Assembly: GCF_018977255.1 (NCBI RefSeq)
Contig: NW_024704743.1
Span: 52,392,001 to 52,456,000, forward strand
Length of the DNA: 64,000 bases
Direction: 5' to 3'
From: Callorhinchus milii
Taxonomy: Eukaryota
Under the pieces are notes generated by a model. The model saw only the letters and a program-made list of their open reading frames with translations. It did not search any database and was not told where the DNA came from. Numbering within the stretch: position 1 is the stretch's first letter; each line of letters opens with the position of its first letter. Shown here piece after piece: positions 63,844 through 64,000 of the stretch. The position numbers and the translations under genes were made by a program.

Positions 63844-64000
63844 GTAAGTAGTAGTCTGATCACAGCCTTTCTTGTTATTAGATTCTGTTCTTCATAGGTT
63901 TGCTTTTGATTAAAGGTGAATAATCCTTTATTATGGTATCACAGGTTACCATTGATTACCGAGAAATTTGGATGAGGTATGCAGATGTATGCCTAACCAG

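Overview
Vertebrate genomic DNA, most likely a cartilaginous fish. The repeat content (tRNA-Ala-headed DeuSINEs, L2, CR1, Penelope) suggests a holocephalan or shark, which is an inference. The + strand carries 12 coding exons of LPCAT1, equivalent to vertebrate exons 3-14 (6128-50900; exons 1-2 lie upstream of the window). These are followed by a probable ~4 kb 3'UTR, a CpG-rich promoter region and the first three coding exons of the dopamine transporter SLC6A3 (61006-63843, continuing beyond the window). All exons have AG/GT boundaries and splice in frame. The introns are dense in decayed retroelements, often nested with visible target-site duplications. Most ORFs in the track are spurious or TE-derived. 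There is no prokaryote-type system such as CRISPR. The most notable extras are a minimal hammerhead ribozyme in a Penelope-derived palindrome (15339-15375), an unexplained multi-hairpin element (16031-16178), a near-identical templated inverted duplication inside an old L2 (29055-29601), an unclassified repeat family with at least 6 copies, and a strong-Kozak internal Met23 in DAT.
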